64,000 nucleotides of DNA, taken from Candidatus Omnitrophota bacterium. GTDB taxonomy: Bacteria; Omnitrophota; Gorgyraeia; Gygaellales; Profunditerraquicolaceae. The translations under genes and the position numbers were made by a program. Below, in pieces: positions 26,498 to 35,646 of the stretch. Each line of letters starts with the position of its first letter. Within the stretch, counting starts at the first letter, position 1. The notes beneath the pieces are model-generated. The model was not told the origin of the DNA, ran no database searches, and saw nothing but the letters and a program-made list of their open reading frames with translations. Where the stretch lies: positions 50,682-114,681 of the forward strand of contig DAONDX010000003.1 in NCBI GenBank assembly GCA_035402765.1. The letters run 5' to 3'.

Positions 26498-27921
26498 CTA
26501 AGCCTCCGTCTGATTATTTCACCGACTACTTTGGGATTAGCTTTACCTGCGCTTTTTTTCATAACCTGGCCGACTAAATACATCAGCGCATTAGTTTTTC
26601 CTGCTTTAAAATCATCTACGGATTTTACATTTTCCCGGATTACCGTTTCAATCACTGCAGCCAGCTCCTCGGTATTGGATATCTGTTGTAAGTTACCCTC
26701 CTTGATTAAAGCTTGAGCGGTTTTTCCGTTATCAATCATTTGGCTTAATACGTTCTTGGCTGAAAGATGGGAAATATCCTGCCTCTGAACAAAACCGATC
26801 AGGCTGATTAATTCTTTTTTATCAAGCTTAAGCTCATGCAATTTTACTTTTCTTAAATTAGCTTCGGATAATAACGGGCCAATGATCCAATTTGCCATTT
26901 CCTTTTTATCTTTACCCGGGTATTCCCGGATGCACTGTTCCGCAAAATCCGCATCATTTTTCGTGCTTACCAGGATCTTGGCATCAGCTTCAGTTAAACC
27001 GTATTCCTTAATGAAACGCTGCATTTTTTCCTGGGGCAATTCCGGCAGTTGCGTTTTTATCCCAGCGATCATCGCCTGGTCAATAATAAAAACTGTCAGA
27101 TCCGGATCCGGAAAATATCTATAGTCTTTTGCCCCTTCTTTGGTACGCATTGACACCGTAATTCCTTGTTCAACGTCCCAAAGCCGGGTTTCCTGAAGCA
27201 TGACTTCCTGCGTTTCCAGTAATTTAGTCTGACGCTGGACCTCAAAAGTTAAAGCATCCTTAACTCCTTTAAAAGAATTCATATTTTTTAATTCAGTTTT
27301 AACTCCCAGCTCTTTTGCTCCTTGAATCCTCAGAGAAATATTTGCGTCACAACGCAGGGAACCTTTTTCCATATCGCAATCCGAAACATCCAGATATTCG
27401 ATTATACTTTTTAAGCTTGTAAGATAATCAAAAGCCTCCTGAGGGCTGTTTAAATCCGGCTCGCTGACAATTTCTAATAAAGGAATGCCGGTGCGGTTAA
27501 AATCCACTAGGCTGGCTTGCGCTTCATGAATAAGCTTCCCGGCATCTTCTTCTAAATGCACCCGGGTAATCCCGATGCGCTTAGGAGTATCATTAGTGAA
27601 AATGTCTAAATAACCATTGCGCGATAAAGGCAGGTCATATTGCGAAATCTGGTAGTTCTTGGGCAGGTCCGGGTAAAAATAATTTTTTCGGTCAAATTTA
27701 GTATGCTCTTGGATCTGGCAATTAAACGCCAAAGCCAATTTAATCGCGGAATTTAAAGCTTCACGGTTATAAACCGGTAAAGATCCGGGAAAACCCAGGC
27801 ATACCGGGCAAACGTTAGAATTAGGCGCTTTTCCAAAATCCGTAGAGCAGCCGCAAAAAGCCTTAGTTTTGGTGTTAAGCTGCACATGAACCTCTAATCC
27901 AATGACGGTCTGATACTTCAA
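26494..27921 (-). CDS. gatB: Asp-tRNA(Asn)/Glu-tRNA(Gln) amidotransferase subunit B
   Basis: 475 aa beginning MKYQTVIGLEVHVQLNTKTKAFCGC. Confidence 0.95.
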   Translation of the reverse strand: MKYQTVIGLEVHVQLNTKTKAFCGCSTDFGKAPNSNVCPVCLGFPGSLPVYNREALNSAIKLALAFNCQIQEHTKFDRKNYFYPDLPKNYQISQYDLPLSRNGYLDIFTNDTPKRIGITRVHLEEDAGKLIHEAQASLVDFNRTGIPLLEIVSEPDLNSPQEAFDYLTSLKSIIEYLDVSDCDMEKGSLRCDANISLRIQGAKELGVKTELKNMNSFKGVKDALTFEVQRQTKLLETQEVMLQETRLWDVEQGITVSMRTKEGAKDYRYFPDPDLTVFIIDQAMIAGIKTQLPELPQEKMQRFIKEYGLTEADAKILVSTKNDADFAEQCIREYPGKDKKEMANWIIGPLLSEANLRKVKLHELKLDKKELISLIGFVQRQDISHLSAKNVLSQMIDNGKTAQALIKEGNLQQISNTEELAAVIETVIRENVKSVDDFKAGKTNALMYLVGQVMKKSAGKANPKVVGEIIRRRLS

Positions 27922-27961
27922 TTCCGCTCCTTTATTATATTGATTATTTAATCTTACAATC

Positions 27962-29422
27962 TTACAGTTTAGGTTTAATTTTATGCCAATCCGTATTCTG
28001 CTCGAAAGTATGCGCTACCCTAAAAAGCATTTCTTCATTAAAGGGTTTGGCCATGATCTGCAACCCCACGGGCAGGCCTTTCTTTGTAAATCCGCAGGGG
28101 ATAGAAATCGCCGGTATTCCTGCCAAGTTTACGGATATCGTATAAATATCCGAAAGATACATTTTTAAAGGATCCTGCGCCCGCTCGCCGATCTTAAAAG
28201 CAGGAGTAGGAGAAGTTGGGGCGACAATACAATCAAAATCCTGAAAAACTTTGTCAAAATCCTGTTTGATCAGAGTGCGCACCTTTAAAGCCCGTAGATA
28301 ATATGCATCGTAGTATCCGTGTGACAAAGCAAAAGTACCCAATAAAATCCTGCGTTTAGCCTCCGGGCCGAAACCTTGCGCGCGGGTCATTTTATACATC
28401 TGGATTAGGTTATCAGATGCTACCCGGTATCCGTATTGCACGCCATCAAATCTGGCTAAATTTGAGCTGGCTTCGGCGGTAGCAATAATATAGTAAACCG
28501 GCACAGCATATTCAGTATGCGGCAAAGACACCGGATCGGTAAAGGCGCCCAGAGTTTTAAGCTTATCAATCGCCTCTTCAATGATCGATTTAACTTCCGT
28601 ATCCAATCCGGCAACAAAATATTCTTTAGGAATACCGATTTTAAGGCCCTTGATATCTCCGGTCAGACTTTTAGTATAATCCGGAACTTCCTGATTTACT
28701 GAAGTGGAATCCCGGGGGTCATGCCCGCAGATAATTCCGGATAAAATTGCCGCATCTTGAACATCTTTAGTGATTGGCCCGATCTGATCAAGGCTGGAAG
28801 CAAAAGCAATTAAACCAAAGCGCGAAACCCGGCCATAAGTTGGTTTTAATCCGACTACCCCGCAAAAAGATGCCGGCTGACGGATCGAACCGCCGGTATC
28901 GCTCCCTAAAGCCCAAATCGCTTCATCGCTTGCTACAGCCGCGGCGCTTCCTCCGGAAGAGCCTCCGGGCACACATTCCAGATCCCAGGGATTATGCGTC
29001 GGGCCGAAATAAGAATTTTCACAAGAGGAACCAAAAGCAAACTCATCCATATTCGCTTTTAACGCAAAGATCGTGGCTCCGTTTTCTTTTAATTTGCTAA
29101 TTACCGTAGCATCATAAGGCGGACGAAAACCGCGCAGGATCTTAGAACAACATTCAGTAGTTAATCCTGCGGTACAAATATTATCTTTAATGGTAATGGG
29201 TAAGCCTTTAAGCAGACTTAACGCAGAAGGATTTGCGGCAGAATTTTCAACCTCCCCTACTCTGGCATAAGCCTTAACTTTAGGCTCAGTCTTATGAATC
29301 CGCTCTTGCAGCGAGAGCAAGATCTTTTCAGCAGACACTTCCTTATTTTTCAGCTTAGCCAATAATTCGTGAGCAGTAAATTGGTTTAATTCCATAATTA
29401 TTCTAATATTTTGGGAACACAA
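27962..29422 (-). CDS. gatA: Asp-tRNA(Asn)/Glu-tRNA(Gln) amidotransferase subunit A
   Basis: 486 aa with the amidase signature [12 protein letters not shown]. Confidence 0.95.
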   Translation of the reverse strand: MCSQNIRIIMELNQFTAHELLAKLKNKEVSAEKILLSLQERIHKTEPKVKAYARVGEVENSAANPSALSLLKGLPITIKDNICTAGLTTECCSKILRGFRPPYDATVISKLKENGATIFALKANMDEFAFGSSCENSYFGPTHNPWDLECVPGGSSGGSAAAVASDEAIWALGSDTGGSIRQPASFCGVVGLKPTYGRVSRFGLIAFASSLDQIGPITKDVQDAAILSGIICGHDPRDSTSVNQEVPDYTKSLTGDIKGLKIGIPKEYFVAGLDTEVKSIIEEAIDKLKTLGAFTDPVSLPHTEYAVPVYYIIATAEASSNLARFDGVQYGYRVASDNLIQMYKMTRAQGFGPEAKRRILLGTFALSHGYYDAYYLRALKVRTLIKQDFDKVFQDFDCIVAPTSPTPAFKIGERAQDPLKMYLSDIYTISVNLAGIPAISIPCGFTKKGLPVGLQIMAKPFNEEMLFRVAHTFEQNTDWHKIKPKL

Positions 29423-29685
29423 AAGAAGTTGCCCTTTTTATCGGGGGCATTATCTAAAGCCATTTCCGGGGTCAGAGAAACCTGGGGCTTATCCTCCCGC
29501 AGCACATTACTAATGGGTAAAATATGGCTGGCAGGCTTAACTTGATCGACATCCAAAGCGCTGAGTTTATCTATAAAATCCAAAATCTTTTGCAATTCTT
29601 CCGACAGTTTCTCTAACTCACTTGGCTGCAGATCGATACGCGCTAAATGCGCGACATGTTTAATTGTTTCTTTATCTAACGACAT
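29398..29685 (-). CDS. gatC: Asp-tRNA(Asn)/Glu-tRNA(Gln) amidotransferase subunit C
   Basis: 95 aa, GatC family, first gene of a gatCAB operon. Confidence 0.85.
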   Translation of the reverse strand: MSLDKETIKHVAHLARIDLQPSELEKLSEELQKILDFIDKLSALDVDQVKPASHILPISNVLREDKPQVSLTPEMALDNAPDKKGNFFCVPKILE

Positions 29686-29756
29686 TTTCCCTCCAGAATT
29701 TATTTATTCTAACATTTTTCTTTTTAAAAGTCAACATTACTGCCCATCCATATGAG

Positions 29757-29784
29757 TTGACAAATTCTTAAAAATGTGTAAAAT
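29757..29784 (+). promoter_or_regulatory. strong sigma70-type promoter for the 1065-aa plus-strand gene
   Basis: TTGACA (29757-29762), a 16-nt spacer ending in TG, then TAAAAT (29779-29784), about 25 nt upstream of the ATG at 29810. Confidence 0.6.
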
Positions 29785-29809
29785 ACTTTTAATTAACTTT
29801 AAATAAAAA

Positions 29810-32800
29810 ATGAGCGCCACGCCGACTAAAGCTAAGTATTATTTAAACAAGCAAGGTGAATTTGTAATTCAAAATTACAATTACGCCAAGCCATTCGCTA
29901 ATTTCTTCCCGGGAATCGCCGGAAAATTCGGCATCCCGATGTGGGTTTTCTATGTTAACCGCGGGCAGTGTGTCTGCAGCTTCGGTACCAAAGATAAAGA
30001 CCGCGCCATCCTGGAGTTTTTCCCGGCGAATAAAGCCTGGGAATTAACTTCTTCCCTGGGTTTCCGCACTTTCTACAAAATTAAAAACGCCAAGTCCAAA
30101 CCAATCTATTATGAACCATTCCATAACGGCTACAGCAATCTAAAATATCAAATTACCAATTCCATGCGGATCGGTTCTGCCGAGTTGATCCTGGAAGAAG
30201 AAAATCGCTCCCTAGGCATTAAAACCCTGGTTAAATATTTTAATATTCCTAACGATACCTTTGCCGGCCTAAGCCGGATTGTCTGCGTAGAAAATACCGG
30301 ACATAAACTTAAATCCCTCCAGATGATTGACGGATTACCCCAAATCATCCCTTTCGGCACAAATAATTTTTTCCTTAAAAAACTCGGACGCACCATTGAA
30401 GCCTGGATGAAAATAGTTAACCTGGAGAATTCTGTCCCTTTTTATAAACTTGAAGTTGACCCGGCTGACCGGCCGGAAGTCGTCCATATTAACGATGGCA
30501 ATTTTTATCTGGGTTTCCATTTCAAAAACCAAAAGCTTCAACTACTTAAACCCATTGTCGATCCGCAAGCTGTTTTTGGAGCGGTAACCGATTTTTCTTA
30601 TCCGGCCGAGTTTTTAGCTAAACCAAAATTTTCATATCCGGCCGAACAGCTAATCCAGGGTAAAACCCCCAGCGCCCTGCTTTTGATGGATCTGGAGCTC
30701 AAGCCCGCTGAACAAAAAATCTTTTATTCAGTTATTGGCCAGGCCCGCGACAGTAAAACCCTGAATAATTCGGTTAAAAGAATCATCGTACCCGGCTATC
30801 TAGATGATAAAATGCGCCAAAACCGGGAATTGATCGAAAAATTAAAAGCTGATATAGCAACTAAAAGCAGCTCTGCCGAATTTGATTTATACGCCGGGCA
30901 AACCTACTTGGATAATATTATGCGCGGCGGATACCCGGAAGTTTTTAAATCCGGATCGGTAGTCTATCTTTATTCTCGTAAACACGGCGATTTAGAACGT
31001 GACTACAATAAGTTTCAGCTACAACCTACCTACCTTTCTCAAGGCAATGGCAACTACCGGGACGCTAACCAAAACCGGCGTAGCGATATCTGGTTCAACC
31101 CGGATATACAAGATGAAAATATTATTTCTTTCATGAATTTAATCCAAGCTGACGGCTTTAATCCTCTGGTAGTAAAACCGGAAAGTTTCCTTATTAAAGA
31201 AAGCGCGGATTTACAAAAACTACTGGAAAACGTAGCTAAACAAGAGGATCTTGACCGGTTGGGCCATTTTTTAAAAAAACCTTTTACTCCCGGAGAACTT
31301 ATCTTTTTCATTGAGGAAAATAAAATTTTGCTCAACACCTCCTATGATATTTTTCTGGATCTGATCCTCTCGGCTTCCTTAAAAACCCAGGAAGCCGAGC
31401 ACGGTGAAGGTTTCTGGACGGATCATTGGGCTTATAATTTAGATTTAATCGACAGCTACCTGGGTGTGTATCCGGAAAAAGCTAACACGCTGTTTTTCGG
31501 AAGAAAAATTTTCTCATTCTTTGATAACGCCGAAATTGTCAGGCCCCGGAGTGAAAAATATGTTCTTTATAACGGGCAACCGCGCCAGCTGCATTCCCTT
31601 ATGCTGGATAATAACAAAAAGGAAATGCTGCGTAAGCGGCTGGCTGACCCGCATTCTTTAAGGACGCTTCACGGAGAAGGCCCGGTCCATTACACGACGC
31701 TAACCGCTAAACTTTTGTGCCTGGCGGCAAATAAACTCGCCTCTCTGGATGCATCCGGAGTTGGCATTGAGATGGAAGCCAATAAACCTAACTGGTTCGA
31801 TTCGCTTAACGGCCTGCCTGCCCTCTTTGGCTCATCAATCTGCGAAACCTTTGAATTAAAACGCCTGCTTATAACGATAAAACAGGCGCTAGAAAAATCC
31901 CCGGTAAAAGAAATTGAGATGGCCGAAGAAATAGCTAAATTTATTGAACAACTTAGCGGCCTGTTTGCGGAAGAAACTTTTTCTTATTGGGACAAAAGCA
32001 ACACCGTCAAAGAAAATTACCGCTATAATATCCGCCTGGGGTTTTCCGGGACCCTGACCAATGTCCCGGTGAATAAACTGCTTGATTTCCTGAAATGCGG
32101 CCTGGAAAAAGTGGAGACCGGCTTAACTAAAGCATTTGATAAAACTAAACACGTTTATAATTCGTATTTTATCAATGAGGTTTCCGATTATAGTATTGTA
32201 AAAGATCACTACATAAAACCGCTTAAATTTACCCAAAAACCTGCTCCGTTATTCCTGGAAGGTCAAATGCATGCTTTAAGGCTTACTTCCGGAGGCCAAC
32301 AAAGTTTAGATCTATACCAAGCGACTAAACAAAGCGCGCTTTTTGATAAAAAACTAAAAATGTATAAAGTAACCGCCCCGCTTGGCGCCATGCCGGAAGA
32401 GATCGGCAGATGCAGGGCATTTAGCCCCGGATGGTTAGAAAATGAATCAATTTGGCTGCATATGGAATACAAGTATATTCTGGAGATGCTTAAAACCGGT
32501 CTCCATGAGGAATTTTACGCCGAATTTAAAAATGTGCTCATTCCTTTTCTAGACCCGAAAATTTACGGCCGTAGCATATTAGAAAACTCTTCTTTTCTGG
32601 TCAGCAGCGCATTCCCTGACAAAAGATTGCATGGAAACGGATACGTAGCCAGGTTATCCGGGTCAACCGCAGAATTTATACATATCTGGTTGATCATGAA
32701 CTGCGGGGCTTCTCCTTTTTCATTGGATGAATCCGGCCGGCTGAATTTAACTTTTAAACCATGCTTAGCGGGATGGCTATTCAATAAAAATGGCGAATAT

Positions 32801-33007
32801 GTTTTTAATTTCTTAAGTCAAATTCAAATAACCTACCATAACCCTAAAAGAAAGAATACCTACGGCAAGAATTCCGCCAAAATCCGTAAAATCATCCTCC
32901 AAAATAAAAACCAATCCCAAGAGATAAATTCCACGGTCATACCTGCGCCTTATGCTGAAGCAATCAGGTCGCGTCAAATCAATAAGATTGACATCTATCT
33001 GGATTAA
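29810..33007 (+). CDS. large hypothetical protein (1065 aa). It has weak, unconfirmed resemblance to six-hairpin glycoside hydrolase/phosphorylase-type proteins.
   Basis: A long uninterrupted ORF on the opposite strand from all its neighbours, with its own promoter and terminator. Motifs such as GNGNYRDANQN and EGFWTDHWAYNLD are reminiscent of (alpha/alpha)6 glycosidase families, but I cannot place it. Confidence 0.5.
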   Translation: MSATPTKAKYYLNKQGEFVIQNYNYAKPFANFFPGIAGKFGIPMWVFYVNRGQCVCSFGTKDKDRAILEFFPANKAWELTSSLGFRTFYKIKNAKSKPIYYEPFHNGYSNLKYQITNSMRIGSAELILEEENRSLGIKTLVKYFNIPNDTFAGLSRIVCVENTGHKLKSLQMIDGLPQIIPFGTNNFFLKKLGRTIEAWMKIVNLENSVPFYKLEVDPADRPEVVHINDGNFYLGFHFKNQKLQLLKPIVDPQAVFGAVTDFSYPAEFLAKPKFSYPAEQLIQGKTPSALLLMDLELKPAEQKIFYSVIGQARDSKTLNNSVKRIIVPGYLDDKMRQNRELIEKLKADIATKSSSAEFDLYAGQTYLDNIMRGGYPEVFKSGSVVYLYSRKHGDLERDYNKFQLQPTYLSQGNGNYRDANQNRRSDIWFNPDIQDENIISFMNLIQADGFNPLVVKPESFLIKESADLQKLLENVAKQEDLDRLGHFLKKPFTPGELIFFIEENKILLNTSYDIFLDLILSASLKTQEAEHGEGFWTDHWAYNLDLIDSYLGVYPEKANTLFFGRKIFSFFDNAEIVRPRSEKYVLYNGQPRQLHSLMLDNNKKEMLRKRLADPHSLRTLHGEGPVHYTTLTAKLLCLAANKLASLDASGVGIEMEANKPNWFDSLNGLPALFGSSICETFELKRLLITIKQALEKSPVKEIEMAEEIAKFIEQLSGLFAEETFSYWDKSNTVKENYRYNIRLGFSGTLTNVPVNKLLDFLKCGLEKVETGLTKAFDKTKHVYNSYFINEVSDYSIVKDHYIKPLKFTQKPAPLFLEGQMHALRLTSGGQQSLDLYQATKQSALFDKKLKMYKVTAPLGAMPEEIGRCRAFSPGWLENESIWLHMEYKYILEMLKTGLHEEFYAEFKNVLIPFLDPKIYGRSILENSSFLVSSAFPDKRLHGNGYVARLSGSTAEFIHIWLIMNCGASPFSLDESGRLNLTFKPCLAGWLFNKNGEYVFNFLSQIQITYHNPKRKNTYGKNSAKIRKIILQNKNQSQEINSTVIPAPYAEAIRSRQINKIDIYLD

Positions 33008-33026
33008 ATACCAGCCTTTGGATCAA

Positions 33027-33058
33027 CTAAAAAAGCCAGGCTAAAAAATTGCCTGGCT
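33027..33058. terminator. probable bidirectional Rho-independent terminator between convergent genes
   Basis: A perfect 8-bp stem AGCCAGGC/GCCTGGCT with a 9-nt A/T loop is flanked by an A-tract on one side. It reads as hairpin plus U-run on the minus strand and has an A/T-rich loop on the plus strand. Confidence 0.55.
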
Positions 33059-33086
33059 GGCCTTAACTAAGCTTAAATAACTACCG

Positions 33087-33425
33087 CTAACCGATTTGTT
33101 CGCTTATCTTTATAGTCGAGGTAAGGTTAACGTTTAAAGTATGCACAAATAAAATCTGAAAAAAGTTTCCCTGATTAACCGCTAGAATACTCCCCTTAAC
33201 TTTGCAAAAGAAATGCTCCCGTTTTTCCTTGGTATTCTTTTCCTTAATAACATATAAATACGGCTGCGGGTTAACCAACTGATCGGCTTTAATAGGCCTG
33301 ATGATATAAGCAAAATGCCGGCGCACTACGCTATGCACTCCTTCTTTATCAGCAATCTCGGAAGTGGCGATAATCTTACGTCCCCGGTCAGAAAAAGTCA
33401 AATTTTTATAAAGTAGATCTCTCAT
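33087..33425 (-). CDS. hypothetical protein (112 aa)
   Basis: An ORF with no family I recognise, preceded by the 4x tandem repeat array. Confidence 0.45.
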   Translation of the reverse strand: MRDLLYKNLTFSDRGRKIIATSEIADKEGVHSVVRRHFAYIIRPIKADQLVNPQPYLYVIKEKNTKEKREHFFCKVKGSILAVNQGNFFQILFVHTLNVNLTSTIKISEQIG

Positions 33426-33537
33426 CTGGCTCCTGCTTTTACCAAACCTTTAATAAAATAACCGATTTCTAATAAAGTATGCAAGCCAGCTGAGGTTAAA
33501 TCAATACAATTTCACCTTAAAAAGAAAGCGCTTCCTC

Positions 33538-33725
33538 GTCCACCTGGACGACACCAACGCAATACCACTTAGCGTTGGGTGTATTGTCTACCTAGACGAC
33601 ACCAACGCAATACCCCTTAGCGTTGGGTGTATTGTCTACCTAGACGACACCAACGCAATACCGCTTAGCGTTGGGTGTATTGTCTACCTAGACGACACCA
33701 ACGCAATACCGCTTAGCGTTGGGTA
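33538..33725 (-). repeat. tandem array of four 48-bp units; each unit is a bulged ~10-bp hairpin followed by the near-palindromic 12-mer GTCTAGGTAGAC (the gene-proximal copy varies to GTCCAGGTGGAC)
   Basis: The period is 48 bp (palindromes at 33586, 33634 and 33682; variant at 33538). Each hairpin is CCAACGC-N11-GCGTTGG. The units differ only at one loop position (A/C/G). Confidence 0.8.
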
Positions 33726-33820
33726 TGCCCCTACCCTTGGCAGATAACGCCGATTTAAAATTCACTAGCGAAAGCGGCAGCCTTGCCATTAAACGGGTCT
33801 AATTAGATTTAAAGGAGAAA

Positions 33821-34462
33821 TTATTTTTCTGACTTTTTAAAATAAAGGCGAGATTCTTTACCTTGGAATATTCTAACCAGATTGGATTTATGACGAAACA
33901 CAACAAAAATAGAAAGCAATAAGCTTAGATAAACAAACATCGGGGATTGTTTCAGAAAAAACGAAGCCGCCGGGAAAGCGATTGCGCTGCAGATGGAAGC
34001 CAAAGAAACCATTCTAAAAGCAAAAAAAACAATAAACCAAACTAAGATTAATATTCCGATCACAAAATTTAGACCGGCAACTTTCAGGGATAATCCGATT
34101 AAAACACCAAAAGTAGTAGCAATCCCCTTACCGCCTTTAAACTGCAGAAATATCGTCCAGTTATGGCCGCAAATACAAAACAGGCCCATAAGTATACATA
34201 AATTCTGGTTTGATAACAATGTTACCTTATCCGCAAAATAACTGCCCAAAACAACCACTGTCACGAATCCTTTAATTATATCCAAAAGTAGAACGGTGAT
34301 CCCTGCTTTACGGCCCAAAACCCGCAAAGCATTAGTCGCCCCCACATTGCCGGAACCGACTTTACGGATATCCACTCCCTTAAGGGCTTTGCCGAAAAGA
34401 TAGGCCGTGGGAATAGAACCGATAAGATAACTAATTATTAACGCGATAAATATCAGAACCAT
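33821..34462 (-). CDS. plsY: glycerol-3-phosphate acyltransferase PlsY
   Basis: 213 aa with the GSGNVGATN motif. Confidence 0.9.
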   Translation of the reverse strand: MVLIFIALIISYLIGSIPTAYLFGKALKGVDIRKVGSGNVGATNALRVLGRKAGITVLLLDIIKGFVTVVVLGSYFADKVTLLSNQNLCILMGLFCICGHNWTIFLQFKGGKGIATTFGVLIGLSLKVAGLNFVIGILILVWFIVFFAFRMVSLASICSAIAFPAASFFLKQSPMFVYLSLLLSIFVVFRHKSNLVRIFQGKESRLYFKKSEK

Positions 34463-34994
34463 ATAAAATCTTAAATCCTTTCCTCACATAATCTGCACCG
34501 GAAATAACCGTAAAGATCACCGCTGGCCACCAAATTAAAAGCGACAGCTTCCATTGTAACAAAACGCTGATTACTGAAAGCATTTGAAAAGTAGTAGTCA
34601 ATTTACCCCAGCGGGTAGGATAGACTTCCAAATTCTGCTTAACCATATAAATAACCACGGCGCCGATGATAATAATCAAATCTCTGGAAATCACAATAAA
34701 ACTTACCCACAGCGGGAAAGTTAATTCCAAACGGCAAGCCGGAGATAAAAATATAAAAGCGCTCATCAATAAAAGCTTATCCCCTAAAGGATCTAAAATT
34801 AATCCGGCTTGTGACTGCATCTTGGCTTTTCTGGCGACATAACCATCTAAACCGTCGGAAATAACACCGAAAATAAATATCGCTAAAGCTACATTCTTTA
34901 AGTACGCACTTTCCGGAGTGCAATATAATAAAGCGGCAATAAAAAAAGGAACGCTTAAAATACGTAGGGTTGAAATTTTATTAGCGATATTCAT
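34431..34994 (-). CDS. CDP-alcohol phosphatidyltransferase (PgsA-like)
   Basis: 187 aa with the DGxxAR...G...D motif (DGLDGYVARK...DPLGDKLL). Confidence 0.75.
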   Translation of the reverse strand: MNIANKISTLRILSVPFFIAALLYCTPESAYLKNVALAIFIFGVISDGLDGYVARKAKMQSQAGLILDPLGDKLLLMSAFIFLSPACRLELTFPLWVSFIVISRDLIIIIGAVVIYMVKQNLEVYPTRWGKLTTTFQMLSVISVLLQWKLSLLIWWPAVIFTVISGADYVRKGFKILYGSDIYRVNN

Positions 34995-35070
34995 TAAGCG
35001 GCTGCTCCTGATTACTTAACTTGTAAAACACACCTGTCTTTAGTAATAAAATACTTAGCCGGTGCGAAAT

Positions 35071-35646
35071 TTATTTGATGATCCTGATACGCTGCGGCGG
35101 CCAATAGATGATCATCGCCTGGCCCAATAAATTATTTTTGGGTACAAACCCCCAATACCGGCTATCTTTAGAAGTAGCGGAATTATCGCCTAGAACAAAA
35201 TAGCTATCCGGTGGTACCACCAATTTTTCACCCGATGCAGCCAACTGTCCTTGATTATAATAATAGATCTGGTTAAAGATTGCCTCCGGAGCAGGCTTGT
35301 TATTAATATAGATTGAACCGCCTTTGATCTGGATTACATCTCCGGGAAGGCCGACCAGCCTTTTAATGAAATCTTTACTTTTATCTTCCGGGTAAATAAA
35401 AACAATCACATCCCCTCTTTTAGGCTCATGCAGCGCCGGCAACCTGAAACCGGTAAAAGGAACTTTAGCCCCATAAACAAATTTATTCACTAAAATCAGG
35501 TCGCCTTCGATCAAAGTCATACGCATTGACCCGGTAGGGATCTTAAAAGCCTGGACCAGAAACGCCCGGATCACTAAAGCCAGAAAAAAAGCGATGATAA
35601 TTGATTCGACCCAATCTCGAATTACGGATTTATTTTTCGAACTCAT
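35071..35646 (-). CDS. lepB: signal peptidase I
   Basis: 191 aa with GSMRMTL (Ser box), KRLVGLPGD, and GDNSATSKDSRYWGFVP. Confidence 0.9.
   Translation of the reverse strand: MSSKNKSVIRDWVESIIIAFFLALVIRAFLVQAFKIPTGSMRMTLIEGDLILVNKFVYGAKVPFTGFRLPALHEPKRGDVIVFIYPEDKSKDFIKRLVGLPGDVIQIKGGSIYINNKPAPEAIFNQIYYYNQGQLAASGEKLVVPPDSYFVLGDNSATSKDSRYWGFVPKNNLLGQAMIIYWPPQRIRIIK

Noticed and set aside
33538-33725. CRISPR array interpretation of the 48-bp tandem repeats
   Set aside because: The units are contiguous with no unique spacers. No cas genes or leader are present. The units contain an internal hairpin plus a separate palindrome rather than a single repeat.
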